Below, one piece after another: positions 43,601 to 54,614 of a stretch of 64,000 nucleotides of DNA (the stretch's first letter is position 1; each line of letters starts with the position of its first letter). The notes under the pieces are model-generated. The model did not search any database. It was not told where the DNA came from and saw only the letters and a list, made by a program, of their open reading frames with translations. The DNA is from a virus (Duplodnaviria; Caudoviricetes), in the IMG/VR virus record IMGVR_UViG_3300001598_000048, positions 9,446-73,445 of that record; one strand, 5' to 3'. The position numbers were made by a program, and so were the translations under genes.

Positions 43601-45297
43601 CGTTGAGCAACTTCTTGTAATTCAATAACACGTTCATAGTCAGTCATCATGGCAATTAAACGTGATTGTTGTCTTGTACCAGCAAGTGCTTTTGCAACTG
43701 CTGCTTGTTGATTGCTATTTAATGTATCTCATTTTTTACCTAATTCATCTAATACATCTTGTGTTGAACGTAATTCTCCATTAGTGTCTTTTAATTTTAT
43801 ATCAACATATGCCAATTGCGTTTCAACATTATTTATATCAGTATCTCCAGCTAAAGTTTCACCATAGTCTGTTAATTCACGCATACGAGCAATAATTGTC
43901 TTAAGCGCAGTACCCATAGTTTCTGGAGCTTCTCTTGTTGTTTCTAGACCTTTAGCAAGTAATGCAGTTGTATAGTCAATAGACATTCCTGCTAAATTTG
44001 CTTGTGATGCAACTTTACTTAAGGCAGTTGCTAATTCATCATAAGATGTCGCTGATGTTGCCGCTATAGCCGCAAATTTATCTGATACTTTCATCGCATC
44101 AGATGCAGACATTTGGAATCCATTTAAAGCAGTTGTTAAATAATTAACAGATTCCGTAGCACTAATACCTGCAACTTTTGCCGCAGAAATTGCTGCTTCA
44201 GTTAATTTTAATGCTTCTTGCGCAGTTTTACCTTGACGCATGAATTGAGTTGATACTTGAGCAACTTCTTTAGTTGTAGCACCTGTAGTTTTTGCAATTT
44301 CTTGATAAGATTTTAATAAAGCATAAGTTTGTTCTCTGGTTTTACCAGTAACCATTGCTTGTTCTGTTAAATTTTTATCTAAATCTTGAACTGTTTTAAC
44401 CGCAGAACGCATTGCTGTTCGTACGTTTTTAATAACAAGACCATAAATAGTCATTTGTTTAATAGCCTTACCAACAGCGCCAGATTGTTTTTCTATTCCT
44501 TTATTTAAATCATTTAATTCTTTATTAGGATTAACTAATTCTTCTGTAGAATTTCCATTAGAATTGTTGGATATTTGATTTCCTTCATCATTAATTGTTT
44601 TTAATTTTTGAATTAAGATATCTAATTCATTTCCAAATTCTTGCATTTTTACTGCAGCAGAATTTGAAGGATCTGTAGTATCTCCTAGTTTAGTAATATC
44701 TTTATTCGTTATTTCAATTTCAGAATCAGCTAAAGCAATACCTGCTTTTAAATTTAAATATTCTTGTCCTTCTGATTGTGTTCTAGTAAGAATTTCTTTT
44801 GCTGCAATATCTGCTTCTGTATTTCCTAATAAAGCCTCTTTCTTTAAATATTCATAACTTCTAATTTGTTTTCCTCTTGTATTTCCATATTGAGCAATAA
44901 GATTTTTTTCTTTTGCCAAATCATCTAAATATTTTTTAGGAACTTGATCTGGACCTTTTACTCTAGATGACTTTAATTGTTCAGCCATTTTGGCTCTTTC
45001 TTCAGTTAACTTTTTTAATTGATTTTGTAAAGTTTCTAATTCTTTAGGTATTCCTTTCATACCTGCTGCAGAATTAACCAAATCTTTAATAACACTAGAA
45101 AGTAAAGTACTGGCTTTATTGAAATCTTTAGCAGTTGCATTTGCTCCTTTTCCAAGAATTGATGTTACTTGACTAATCGCAGCAAATGCTTTATTTTGTT
45201 TTTCTTGAGGCATTGAAGAATTTATAATTTTTTGTTGTAAATCTTTTACTTTTTCTTCAAGTTGAACTTTTAGAGTTACTTGATTATTACCAGGCAT
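40663..45297 (-). CDS. tape measure protein, 1544 aa with 6 TGA=Trp
   Basis: Four track ORFs in one frame; TP901-type core (LTEAAISAAKVAG...LTTALNGF...DELATALSK); GKK(TGA)DTLNSNQQAAVAKALAGTRQQSRL. Confidence 0.92.
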
Positions 45298-45316
45298 AAA
45301 TTACCTCCAAGCAATA

Positions 45317-45652
45317 TTAATTTTTCATAATATTGCTTAATTTATCTAAATTTTCTTTTACTTCGTTATTTTCAGTTTCAAAAGTAGCTCCTAATTGTTC
45401 GAGTACTTCATTAATTTTATCTAAATTTAAATTATTAATACCTTTTTGAATCTTATTAAATATTTCAGTATAATTAAAAGCATAAAATACTTTACTATAT
45501 TTAATTACATCAAATAAAGATATTTTAGTTTTTTTAAAGAAATCTGATTGTTTATATTCTTTTTCAAATTCTGCGGTTTTTTCAATAAGATCAAAGAAAT
45601 TTTCTTCCGCTAATAATTCTTTGATTTTTGTTTCTAATTCTTTATTATTCAT
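45317..45652 (-). CDS. hypothetical protein, possible tail assembly chaperone
   Basis: 111 aa helical ORF directly upstream of TMP. Confidence 0.55.
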   Translation of the reverse strand: MNNKELETKIKELLAEENFFDLIEKTAEFEKEYKQSDFFKKTKISLFDVIKYSKVFYAFNYTEIFNKIQKGINNLNLDKINEVLEQLGATFETENNEVKENLDKLSNIMKN

Positions 45653-45671
45653 AATATCCTTTCCTTTCTAT

Positions 45672-46373
45672 TTATTCTAAAGTTATATAATCTTCACCTG
45701 TATCTAAAACCTTAAAAATTAAATCTACGGTATTTGAAGATCTATATAAACTAATTGTTTTATCAATTGTAATAACACATTTTTCAATATGTATCCAACT
45801 TGTATTAGTTTCATCTTCTTTATTTCCAAGAATTTCTAAATCAAGTGTTAAATATTTATTATTATTTTTATTTAAACTGTATGCAAGAGTTCCTTCATAA
45901 GAATAGAAAATTAAATAACTACTATTCGCTTTTTGAAGAGTAAGTTCATGAGATTGAGTTAAATCAATTTCTCCTTCCGCTCTTTCTAAATTTCCTTCAT
46001 CATTATAAATAAACACTTGATAAATCTTGGTTAAAGAACTATCTAAAAAAATCTTTTTATTTGCATCTGTAATAAAATTTTTACTAACATTACATAATTT
46101 TACTTCAGATTTGAGGAAAATTAAATTCAAAATTTTATTTGTAAGTATTACGTTAGGTATACGAACTTCTGATACAGAATCTGCATAATAGCCTAATTGT
46201 TGTAAATCAGTTTTAGCTTTCTTTTCAATTTGTTTAAAATTTACAGTTGCTTCTATATCTTTTAAAACTGTATATGGTTGATTTCCATAAGTCATTTGAA
46301 CTTCGCCAATATTAGAACCAGAAAAAGATCTTATAATACAGTTCGCTTTATTACCAAGTTTATAAGTTTCCAT
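45672..46373 (-). CDS. hypothetical protein in the tail module
   Basis: Track ORF 233 aa, GAGGTG RBS. Confidence 0.7.
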   Translation of the reverse strand: METYKLGNKANCIIRSFSGSNIGEVQMTYGNQPYTVLKDIEATVNFKQIEKKAKTDLQQLGYYADSVSEVRIPNVILTNKILNLIFLKSEVKLCNVSKNFITDANKKIFLDSSLTKIYQVFIYNDEGNLERAEGEIDLTQSHELTLQKANSSYLIFYSYEGTLAYSLNKNNNKYLTLDLEILGNKEDETNTSWIHIEKCVITIDKTISLYRSSNTVDLIFKVLDTGEDYITLE

Positions 46374-46396
46374 ATAGTCACCTCATTTCTAATAAT

Positions 46397-46425
46397 AGTA
46401 TAATGAACGAAATCGAAAAAATCAA
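46397..46425 (-). promoter_or_regulatory. sigma70-type promoter restarting the tail operon
   Basis: TTGATT-N17-TATACT. Confidence 0.6.
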
Positions 46426-46435
46426 TTTCAGATAT

Positions 46436-46465
46436 TAAAAAAGAGAAGAAAAATTATTTCTTCTC
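46436..46465 (-). terminator. terminator of the nrd operon
   Basis: GAGAAGAAA-N5-TTTCTTCTC followed by TTTTTT on the minus strand. Confidence 0.65.
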
Positions 46466-46918
46466 AATTTGAAATCTATATGTAATATCTATCCAATCTT
46501 TATTATTTTTCTTATAGAACTTTTGATTCGTAGTTTTCTTATTTAACGGTCCAGCAGATGGAATATATGGACCAACTTTATAATAATCTAAAACAGATGC
46601 TAAAGTTTTATCAAATTCTTTTGAACCACTATACATCGCTGTTTTTAATTTAGGATATTTATTTTTAATAGCGATACTAAGTAATCTAATTTGATCGTGA
46701 TCTCTATCTCCACCCATAAAACATAAACAAGAAATATGCGGATTTGCATCAATAAGTTTACACAAAGAAACAATATTAATTGGAGTGCCATAATCGTTCG
46801 CGAGTCAAGGTTCAAAACAATCTTGACAATGACACGGACAATTAGTAATGTTAAGACATAATGTTATTTCATCTGGAACTTCAGTAAAAGTGATTAAAGT
46901 TTCCGCATATTTTAACAT
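46454..46918 (-). CDS. nrdG: anaerobic RNR activating enzyme (radical SAM), 154 aa with TGA=Trp at codon 38
   Basis: EVPDEITL...NCPCHCQDCFEP(TGA)L carries CxxxCxxC upstream of the TGA; CFMGGD; DYYKVGPY. Confidence 0.9.
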
Positions 46919-48774
46919 TCTTTTTTATCTACTCCTAGATACGCACGTTTACCTGCTTCGACTTGACGAGCCGCGCTAAATGAAGATACACGTTTTAGAT
47001 ATCCGATAATTCTAGTTGCATAATCAACATCATCTGAACCGCATTCTGGACAAGTACCAAAAGTATGTTTGCTAATATGACCACAATTATTACAGATGGT
47101 ATTCATAACATTATAAGTGAAGTATGAACATCCTTCAGCAACTGCAACGTCCATTAATTTACGATATTGTTCTGCGGTTAAATGTTCATCTAAATTATTA
47201 TGAAGCGCGCTACCACCATCACATTGACCTGTAAAATTATTTCCATGATAGCGGAATTTTTTAATTGGATCAATAGATTTATCTTCAACTAAATAGAAAT
47301 AAGAATTATAACAATCTCTTGGAACAATATAACCATCTTTTTTATCCCATTTTGCATTCTTAACGCCTAACGATTCCGCAGGAACAAATTCAGTATTAAA
47401 TTTAGCGTGTTCTTCTCTTGCGCTTACATTCATTTCGTGAATTGTATTTAAAATATCAGATGCAAACTGTTTATATTTGTCATTATTTGGATTAATTTCA
47501 ATTCCTAAAAATTCTGCTGCTTCAACGAAACCATTGATACCAATTGTTAAATATTGTCTATCTAAATCAATAAATCCGGCATCATAAATAGTTAATAATC
47601 CACCATTTTTATAATCCCAAATAATTTCATTAAATGCTTTTAAATATTTATGAATACGAGAAACTATTGCGGCTAAATATTCCTTTAAAGGAACTTGTTG
47701 TTCTCTATACCAATCTTGAACAATGCGGTTTAAATTCATTGTAATAACGCCTTTTGAACCTGTTTCAATTCCACCTGCGCCAAGTGTATAAGAGAAGATA
47801 TTATCTTCAATGCCGTTTCTAAGTCTGCAACAAGATGATAATGAATCTACACTTTCACTTTGATACATAAAGAACGATGCGCCTTCAGCCCACATTTTAC
47901 AAGCGAATGCCGCAGTTTCTGGATCTGAATATACGCCATTTGGAGTATGCATATTAACTGTTTCAACTGGGAAAGTTAAAATAGTTTTAAGACGTTCTTT
48001 ATTAAATCAATCAGCATAAAGTTTTTGTATTTCTTTTGTTGTTTTCCAACAAGGTTCATCTCCATCTGGAAATACGAAATCTTTAAAAATTGCTTCAAAA
48101 TAATCGTGATCGAAATATGCAATATTTAAGAATATTGATTGATATCCACGTGCACCCGCAGGTTGATTTACTGTATAAGTAATTTGTTCAAAATATTGTT
48201 GCAATTTTTCTCTTAATGTTACTTCTGGTTTTGATTGTCCCCATAAATATTCTACTGTATCATCTAAATGATTAATATAATCTTGACCATAATCAATACG
48301 TGCAAAATGATCAAAATAAGTTAATGCTTCTGGAGTTGCTGTTGCTCCTGCAAATTGTCCCGCAACGAGGAATACTAAATTGATAAAAGAACCGCAAAAT
48401 GAACGTAAATGTTTAGGCGCAGTTGATCCGCCACCAATTTTTGTTAATCCATCTAAAAGATATGGATATAATGAAATTGAACAGCAATATGGGAATATTG
48501 AAGTTTCATCGTGTTTATAAATAATATGATGTGCTAAATCAATTTCATATTGTTTTGCCAATTCCGCATTATATTTTTTAGTTAATTTTAAACGCATTAA
48601 TTCTCTATTGAGTGCGATAAAATTCTTTTTAGGCAATTCTGCCGCAAGTGTCGCAATATTTTTAGTTGCTACATTTGCATTTTGGTCTACTTCACTACCT
48701 GACGCCGCATTTTTGGCAATCATATAGTTTTGCATAAACTCAATTTGTTGTTCTAATGTTTGTTCTAAACTCAT
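46912..48774 (-). CDS. nrdD: class III (anaerobic) ribonucleotide reductase, 620 aa with one TGA=Trp at 48007
   Basis: YKHDE, PYCCS, SCCRLRN, EFVPAESL, CNNCG...CPECG, glycyl-radical loop TRIIGYL. Confidence 0.95.
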
Positions 48775-48776
48775 TT

Positions 48777-49013
48777 TTAAACCTCTTCAAACTTTCCTGT
48801 ATTTTTAAATCTTCTTAATAAATCAAGTGCATCTTTGTATTTGTATTTAGTTCCGTTGATGCAAAGAACAGGAACCGATGATATTCCTAACTCAGACATC
48901 ACATCTGCATCTTGACAATCAGTGTAAGAAAGTTTACAAGCGTCGAGTTCACGTTTAAGCATTTTACACATTCCGCAAGTTGGTAAAGAATATACTATGA
49001 TACTATCTTCCAT
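48777..49013 (-). CDS. glutaredoxin/NrdH-like redoxin
   Basis: YSLPTCGMC (CxxC) and SVPVL; first gene of the nrd operon. Confidence 0.75.
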   Translation of the reverse strand: MEDSIIVYSLPTCGMCKMLKRELDACKLSYTDCQDADVMSELGISSVPVLCINGTKYKYKDALDLLRRFKNTGKFEEV

Positions 49014-49047
49014 ATATTATCTCCTATATTTTTTTTGTATGTATATT

Positions 49048-49076
49048 ATTATAGTTTTAATTTTGGGTTTTGTCAA
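49048..49076 (-). promoter_or_regulatory. sigma70-type promoter of the nrd operon
   Basis: TTGACA-N17-TATAAT. Confidence 0.85.
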
Positions 49077-49087
49077 AAGAGGACAAA

Positions 49088-49115
49088 TAAAAAAAGATTC
49101 TCCGAAGAGAATCTT
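49088..49115 (-). terminator. intrinsic terminator after the major tail gene
   Basis: AAGATTCTC-TTCG-GAGAATCTT-TTTTT on the minus strand. Confidence 0.85.
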
Positions 49116-49125
49116 CCATAAAATA

Positions 49126-49791
49126 TTAACTTCTATTTACAATTGAGTAGAAGAATTTATGTTTACAGCTTGCGCCTGATGTATCGCCAACAGTAATTTC
49201 AGTAGGAATTAAATCTCCATTGAGATCAAATACTGCGGCATCACCTTCAGCATCTTGATTTAAATTAAATATTGAATCTGGTAAGAAATTATAGAAAATA
49301 ATACCAACATTCTTTTGTTCACCTTTTTTGTCAACAAAATATGTTTCACCAATAATAGTTTTTGATGAATTGAAATCTTCTCCTATATTTAATGATTCTA
49401 ATGTTTTTGCTGCTGTTCCTTCACTAACATAGTTAGCTACACCACCACAAAGATGATCAATAGCATTAACATCTCCTAAAGCATCTTGCATTTCTAATCT
49501 GGCTTTTTTACCAAATTTTAATAATGGACTAGTAGATTGTCCGCCAGTAATAGTTTTATTTGGTCCTTCAAGAGTAACATTTGAAACTTTTAAATATTTT
49601 AATTCACAAAGTGCTGAAGCAGTAGCAGTAGATAAAGTATCTCAAATAGCACTTGCTGTTTGAGTAGCAAAACTTGAAGCATAAGTACTATTTTCGAATA
49701 CATAAGCATTCATTACTGTTACAACACCGAATTCTTTCATTAAACTATCAAATGTTAAAGAAGTACCTTCTAAACGTGAATAATTAGCCAT
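49126..49791 (-). CDS. putative major tail protein, 221 aa with TGA=Trp at codon 50
   Basis: GAGG RBS; MANYSRLEG...SAI(TGA)DTL...EGP.KTITGG...LLKFGKKARLEMQDAL; followed by a strong terminator; position in the tail module. Confidence 0.65.
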
Positions 49792-49806
49792 GTTATAACC
49801 TCTTAT

Positions 49807-50538
49807 TTATTTTATAAAGAAATCCAATTTCTTGCCTTTCTTTACATTTCCAGCCGCATATGCTTTTTCATTAAAGCGATAAGACACTTCTCCAGCGGCC
49901 ATTTTTTGGAGTCAGTGAATTTGAGCCATTGTTTGATCAAGCAAATAATCAAAAGTTAATGAAGGAAAACTATAAGTAATAGATAAGATGACCTTGCTTA
50001 ATCCATCAGCGTCGCTTTCCTTTTGAGCCTTTATCTTTTTGATTTTTTCTTCTGTTTCTTGTTGTTTAAGAAGCATAGCTTGTATCTCTGGAGTAAGATT
50101 ATTAAGAGGTTGAGTTGTCTTTACTCCACATGTTAATTTTAATATATATACAATATAATTTCAAATTTCAGATATTATAGTAACACCGTCAATTTTAATT
50201 ATTTTTTCCGCATATATTATTTCTGCGGTAGGACAAATTTCTTTTAAAACGTCTACCATTTGATTCGCAATCGAATTATATTCTTTATACATTCCTAATT
50301 CAAAAATAATTGTTTTAACATAATCATATGTATAGTTTAATTTAATTTTAGGAAAAAGTTTTAATCATTGCGCTTCATTCATTGTTCATAAATGGAAAAT
50401 AGAATTCCATTTATCGTCAGAATAAAATGCTCTAACTGGTTTACAATGAATATTAATTTTATTTTTTTTATCAATAATAATTGATATTATTTTCGTAGCG
50501 AATAATCTTGTAATACTGAAATTATCAGTAATTTCCAT
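49807..50538 (-). CDS. hypothetical tail/neck-region protein, 243 aa with 4 TGA=Trp; absent from the track
   Basis: TAATG-coupled start; manually translated open to TAA at 49807. Confidence 0.75.
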
Positions 50539-51044
50539 TATAATTCCGCCTTTCTTATAGAGATTTGATTATTAAAATTAAAACTAATACGATATCCGAA
50601 ATGAGATTCTGAATAAGTTACAGCAGATGCGTAAGTAATACCTATTTCTCCTGCCGCCGAAAGTTTGATTCCGTCTAAACTATTTGTGACTTCATTAATA
50701 AGTTGTAAAAGTCTGTTTTTATTATTTTTCAATATTACATGCGCATAATCAGTACCAACGAAAATATAGCCGCTTGCACGAGTTTCATCAGTAGATAAAT
50801 TCATATCATTTAAATGAATTACTAAAAAAGTATTTCTATCTTTATTTTTTAAACCGCTTTCAATACGTGGTGCTAAAGATATGTATTCTTGATCAAGTAA
50901 TTGTTGAAATGTAAGTGGAGTAAAAGATTCAGACATATCATTTTTATCTAAAACTAAAAGTTTTTGAAGATTTTGATTTTGACTTAATACTTGTCCCATT
51001 TCAAATAAAGTTTTCTCTATAATAAGTATTTTATTTTGGTTCAT
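50538..51044 (-). CDS. putative tail-completion protein
   Basis: Track ORF 168 aa; position after the head-tail genes. Confidence 0.55.
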   Translation of the reverse strand: MNQNKILIIEKTLFEMGQVLSQNQNLQKLLVLDKNDMSESFTPLTFQQLLDQEYISLAPRIESGLKNKDRNTFLVIHLNDMNLSTDETRASGYIFVGTDYAHVILKNNKNRLLQLINEVTNSLDGIKLSAAGEIGITYASAVTYSESHFGYRISFNFNNQISIRKAEL

Positions 51045-51886
51045 TAAATCACCTCATAATTAGTAACAACATTTTGTCCATTTGATTTTGTCGTAATAGT
51101 TACTTCATCAACGCCAAATGGAATAGCAAATGTAACAGATGTACTAGATAAATTTGATGATTTAACTTCTTTGTTTGATGATAAGAAATAGCCGTTTTCT
51201 GTGCTTAAAGTGATTGGAATTCCCGCACTTATCTTATATTTTCCTGTAGTTGGATTATATGTTGGTGTAGAAATTATATCTGGATTTTCAATTACTGGTT
51301 GTTCAATTACGCCAGTAGTCGCAGATCCGCTTTTATCTTTACTCATTGTGCCAAGTTTTAATGTATAATAAGTTATACCTGCAGTAGAGATATTATCCAT
51401 TTCTTGAACAGTAAATGAACGATTTGAAATAAGTATTTTATCATCAATATTAAGCGGTTGACCGCCTAAGATAAGAATAGGATGTTGTTGCGATTGCAAT
51501 AACACTTTTTCTTTTAGTGCTACATTAATAGCACTTTCTTGTGGACCTTTAAAGAATCCATAATTAGTGCCAACTTGAGTATTACATAAATATGCTAAAT
51601 ACTTATGAAATTTTACATTTTTAATTATAACGAATTCTTCTGAAATTAATCAATGACAATTTTTTGCAGATCAAACACTTCCAATATCAAGTGGATCTGA
51701 AGTATAAGTATATATATATGCTAAATCCTTCTCTTGTCTATTTACAATCGCCGCAGTTTTAGCCACGCCTGTAGTGCTTGTAATAGTAGTAGAAGGATAA
51801 CCGTTAAAAACAAATTTAGTACTTATATTATCGTTTGCTACTACTCTATCTTGATTTAATTTTTTAAATCTTTCGAAACTATTCAT
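51044..51886 (-). CDS. putative head-closure / neck protein, 280 aa with 2 TGA=Trp
   Basis: Track ORFs 51886 and 51505 join via GSV(TGA)SAKNCH(TGA)LIS. Confidence 0.7.
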
Positions 51887-52404
51887 TAGTTAATATCCCC
51901 TAACGATGGTTTCTTTGTAGCAGAAACACGACTATAACGATTTTCTAAATCTCTAGCATTACTACGATATTGATCGAGTAATTTAATATTTTTATCTACT
52001 GCGTTTGCACGAGAGAAGGTTTTGATATTTGAATCTGTATAAATATCTTCAAAATTATCAGCATTAGAGATTTGATATTCGCACCAATATACTTTCATTC
52101 AAGCGATAATAATTTCTATTTCTGCTTGAGTTAAATCGTTATTAAAATAAGCGTGCGGAATCGCATCATCATAACCTTCTTGTTCAGGAGTAATTATGAT
52201 AAGACTATGATCTCGATTTCTAATTGCTCTAAAAGTAGTATAACTAATATCTATTTTAGGAAACTTGAAAGCGCAAATTGCGCGGCATGCTAAATAATAA
52301 CATTCTTCATCAATATTATCTTCAGTGATTACGCCATAATATTCACCACGAATAGTAGCACGAAATGGTGGATATAAAACATCATCCCAATATTGATTTG
52401 GCAT
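51886..52404 (-). CDS. putative head-tail adaptor, 172 aa with one TGA=Trp
   Basis: Track ORFs 52404 and 52098 are separated only by one TGA (IIIA-TGA-MKVYW). Confidence 0.72.
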
Positions 52405-52428
52405 AGTTTTTACCTCTTATTGGTTTTA

Positions 52429-52908
52429 CTATTCACCGTCTATTGTTAATTGAACTTTGTATAAAGATTCAAGCATTTTAACTACGCCTTGAGTTAATTC
52501 AGACACATTAGCAGTTATGACATCCATAACTTTATCTTGACCGAAATCTTCACCGGCTTTCATAATAGCGGCTCTGTTTCCTGATTTAAGAATAGCAAGA
52601 ATCTCTGCATCACGATTTACAGATGCAGGAACAAAATCTAAAACTTCATCAAAATATACACCTGCTTCAATAGCTGCTTTAACAATAGCGTCATTATCAT
52701 CAAAAGTAATATATCCTTGTTTATACATTGAATAAACATCTTCATCTAAGAATACGCCTAATGCCCAATCTAATGGTAAAGATTGTTGTGGAAGTCTATT
52801 TGTTAAATGAATTTTTCTAACAAGAGTGTTATTAGAAACTGGACGTAAATCAAATAATACTTCCATTGGTGTAGTTTTAATAAGTTTAAAATTTCTATTT
52901 TCAGACAT
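52429..52908 (-). CDS. hypothetical protein downstream of the capsid gene
   Basis: Track ORF 159 aa, GGAG RBS. Confidence 0.7.
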   Translation of the reverse strand: MSENRNFKLIKTTPMEVLFDLRPVSNNTLVRKIHLTNRLPQQSLPLDWALGVFLDEDVYSMYKQGYITFDDNDAIVKAAIEAGVYFDEVLDFVPASVNRDAEILAILKSGNRAAIMKAGEDFGQDKVMDVITANVSELTQGVVKMLESLYKVQLTIDGE

Positions 52909-52934
52909 TTTCTATGTCTCCTTTCTTTAATTTT

Positions 52935-52968
52935 TAAAAAGGGAGAAGAGAGAAAAACTCCTCTCCCC
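52935..52968 (-). terminator. intrinsic terminator after the major capsid gene
   Basis: GGGAGAGGAG-TTTTT-CTCTCTTCTCCC-TTTT on the minus strand. Confidence 0.75.
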
Positions 52969-52983
52969 GTAAAATAAGTTTAA

Positions 52984-54054
52984 TTAGTTAGTAATTTTAA
53001 TTACAGCGTAGTTGTTAGCCATTGCAACGCCAACACCGAGCATTTTGTGAGCTTCCCATTTTTCTGAACCAGTAGCTTGTTCATTTCTCTTGATGTATAA
53101 ATCGCCTTTCATAGCAACTTTTACAGGTTTAGCTCCACTTGGGATTACGAATACATAATTGCTTGCATAAGCCCATTTATCGTTAGTTTTGTCTTCTAAG
53201 TAGTTAGGTAATTCAACAACGTTAACTCCTTTGTATACTTGAACGAAACCAACATTTCTAATATCCATTGAGTCTTGGTTATTAGGATATCCTGCAGCAT
53301 ATGTTGTATTAGCAATTGGGTTGTATAAGTTTTGTAATTCTTTATAGAAACCGAAAATTGTTGGAACGCCATATTGTTTTACATATTGCATAACAATATC
53401 AATTGCTGCTCCCATAGTTTCTTTAGTTGTTAAGATGTTTCTATTAGAATCATAGTTATGGTTTCCAGAACCACTTGTAGCTGTACCAACGATCTTTTCA
53501 TAAGGAGCGCCTGCAGCTGGTGTAGCACTGATTAATGCGTTATAAACTTCTTTATAAACGACTTCTTGGAATCCTTCAACGATGTTATTGAATAATTCGC
53601 CTAATGTAATAGTTCCAAGTAATAATTCTTCTAAAGTTACATAGATACCAACAGTATAAACATCAACTGGTAATGAGAAATACTTATTGTCTAATTTAGC
53701 AGCTCTATAGATACCGCCTCTTGCGCCTTTAGAAATAGTGAGTTTTGCACGTTTCTTTCCGATCTTTTCGATATCGAAAATAACTTCTGCGTCTCTTGCG
53801 AAAGTTTTAACTTCAGCAAATTGACCCATGATACCTTGAATCTTAGCAGGTAATACTTCATCTACTAATTCTTCAACGATTGCGAATGCACTAGCTTCAG
53901 CTCTTTCAATTTCTTTATAAGTCGAATTTTCAGATAAACCGATTTCTTTTGCTAAAGCGTTAATAGCAGCTTCATTAACTTCTTGTGCTGAGAAGTTTGT
54001 GCTAGGTTGATTAGTTAAAGCGGCGATAATGCCTTTTCTTAATTCGTTTGTCAT
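52984..54054 (-). CDS. major capsid protein
   Basis: 356 aa, strongly biased codons, position after protease/scaffold and before a terminator; GEFAEVK-like QFAEVKTF...ARGGIY segment. Confidence 0.8.
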   Translation of the reverse strand: MTNELRKGIIAALTNQPSTNFSAQEVNEAAINALAKEIGLSENSTYKEIERAEASAFAIVEELVDEVLPAKIQGIMGQFAEVKTFARDAEVIFDIEKIGKKRAKLTISKGARGGIYRAAKLDNKYFSLPVDVYTVGIYVTLEELLLGTITLGELFNNIVEGFQEVVYKEVYNALISATPAAGAPYEKIVGTATSGSGNHNYDSNRNILTTKETMGAAIDIVMQYVKQYGVPTIFGFYKELQNLYNPIANTTYAAGYPNNQDSMDIRNVGFVQVYKGVNVVELPNYLEDKTNDKWAYASNYVFVIPSGAKPVKVAMKGDLYIKRNEQATGSEKWEAHKMLGVGVAMANNYAVIKITN

Positions 54055-54072
54055 TTTCTTATACCTCTCTAA

Positions 54073-54591
54073 CTATTTAATGAACATATAATGATATGCT
54101 GTAGTTCCATCTGCTAAAGTTGTGCAAGTGAAAAAATCATCAGATTGACCAACACCGTCAGTTGAAGCGATAGAAACAATTCTTCCATATAATGGATCAG
54201 AAGCATTAGAACCTAATTCTAATGACATATCTGACATCCATTCATCACCAGGCATTAATTGAACTAATCTTAAGCATTCATGATTGATGTCTGTTGAATA
54301 GAATTTATTAGCATTAAATACTGTGTTTAATGGTTCATTGTAAACAATGAATAATGAATCACCAACGACTGGATCTTTGATACCATCTTTACCGATAGTA
54401 ACGATATGACCATTAGCGATATGATTAGTTGTAGCAGTAGATGTACTGTCTGCTAAATTATATTTTTCTTGTGTAAAAGTACTATTTGTTGAAGCAACTG
54501 GTAATTGAGAAACTACAAATCCAGGTTGTAATCCTTTTAAATTGTTAGGTTCAACTTGTTTGTACTTAGGTAAAAAATCATAAAGTGCCAT
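54073..54591 (-). CDS. putative capsid decoration protein
   Basis: 172 aa, between scaffold and MCP; QVEPNNL...GFVVSQLP. Confidence 0.6.
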   Translation of the reverse strand: MALYDFLPKYKQVEPNNLKGLQPGFVVSQLPVASTNSTFTQEKYNLADSTSTATTNHIANGHIVTIGKDGIKDPVVGDSLFIVYNEPLNTVFNANKFYSTDINHECLRLVQLMPGDEWMSDMSLELGSNASDPLYGRIVSIASTDGVGQSDDFFTCTTLADGTTAYHYMFIK

Positions 54592-54614
54592 AATTTTTTT
54601 ATAACCTCTTTCTT

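Noticed and set aside
45317-46373. Programmed -1 frameshift typical of tail assembly chaperones
   Set aside because: I could not identify a slippery site with a supporting overlapping frame.
1258-46918. TGA as glycine (table 25) or selenocysteine
   Set aside because: Contexts such as GG*AA, P..*RK, R*..H and CFEP*L fit an aromatic Trp, and the codon is far too frequent for Sec.
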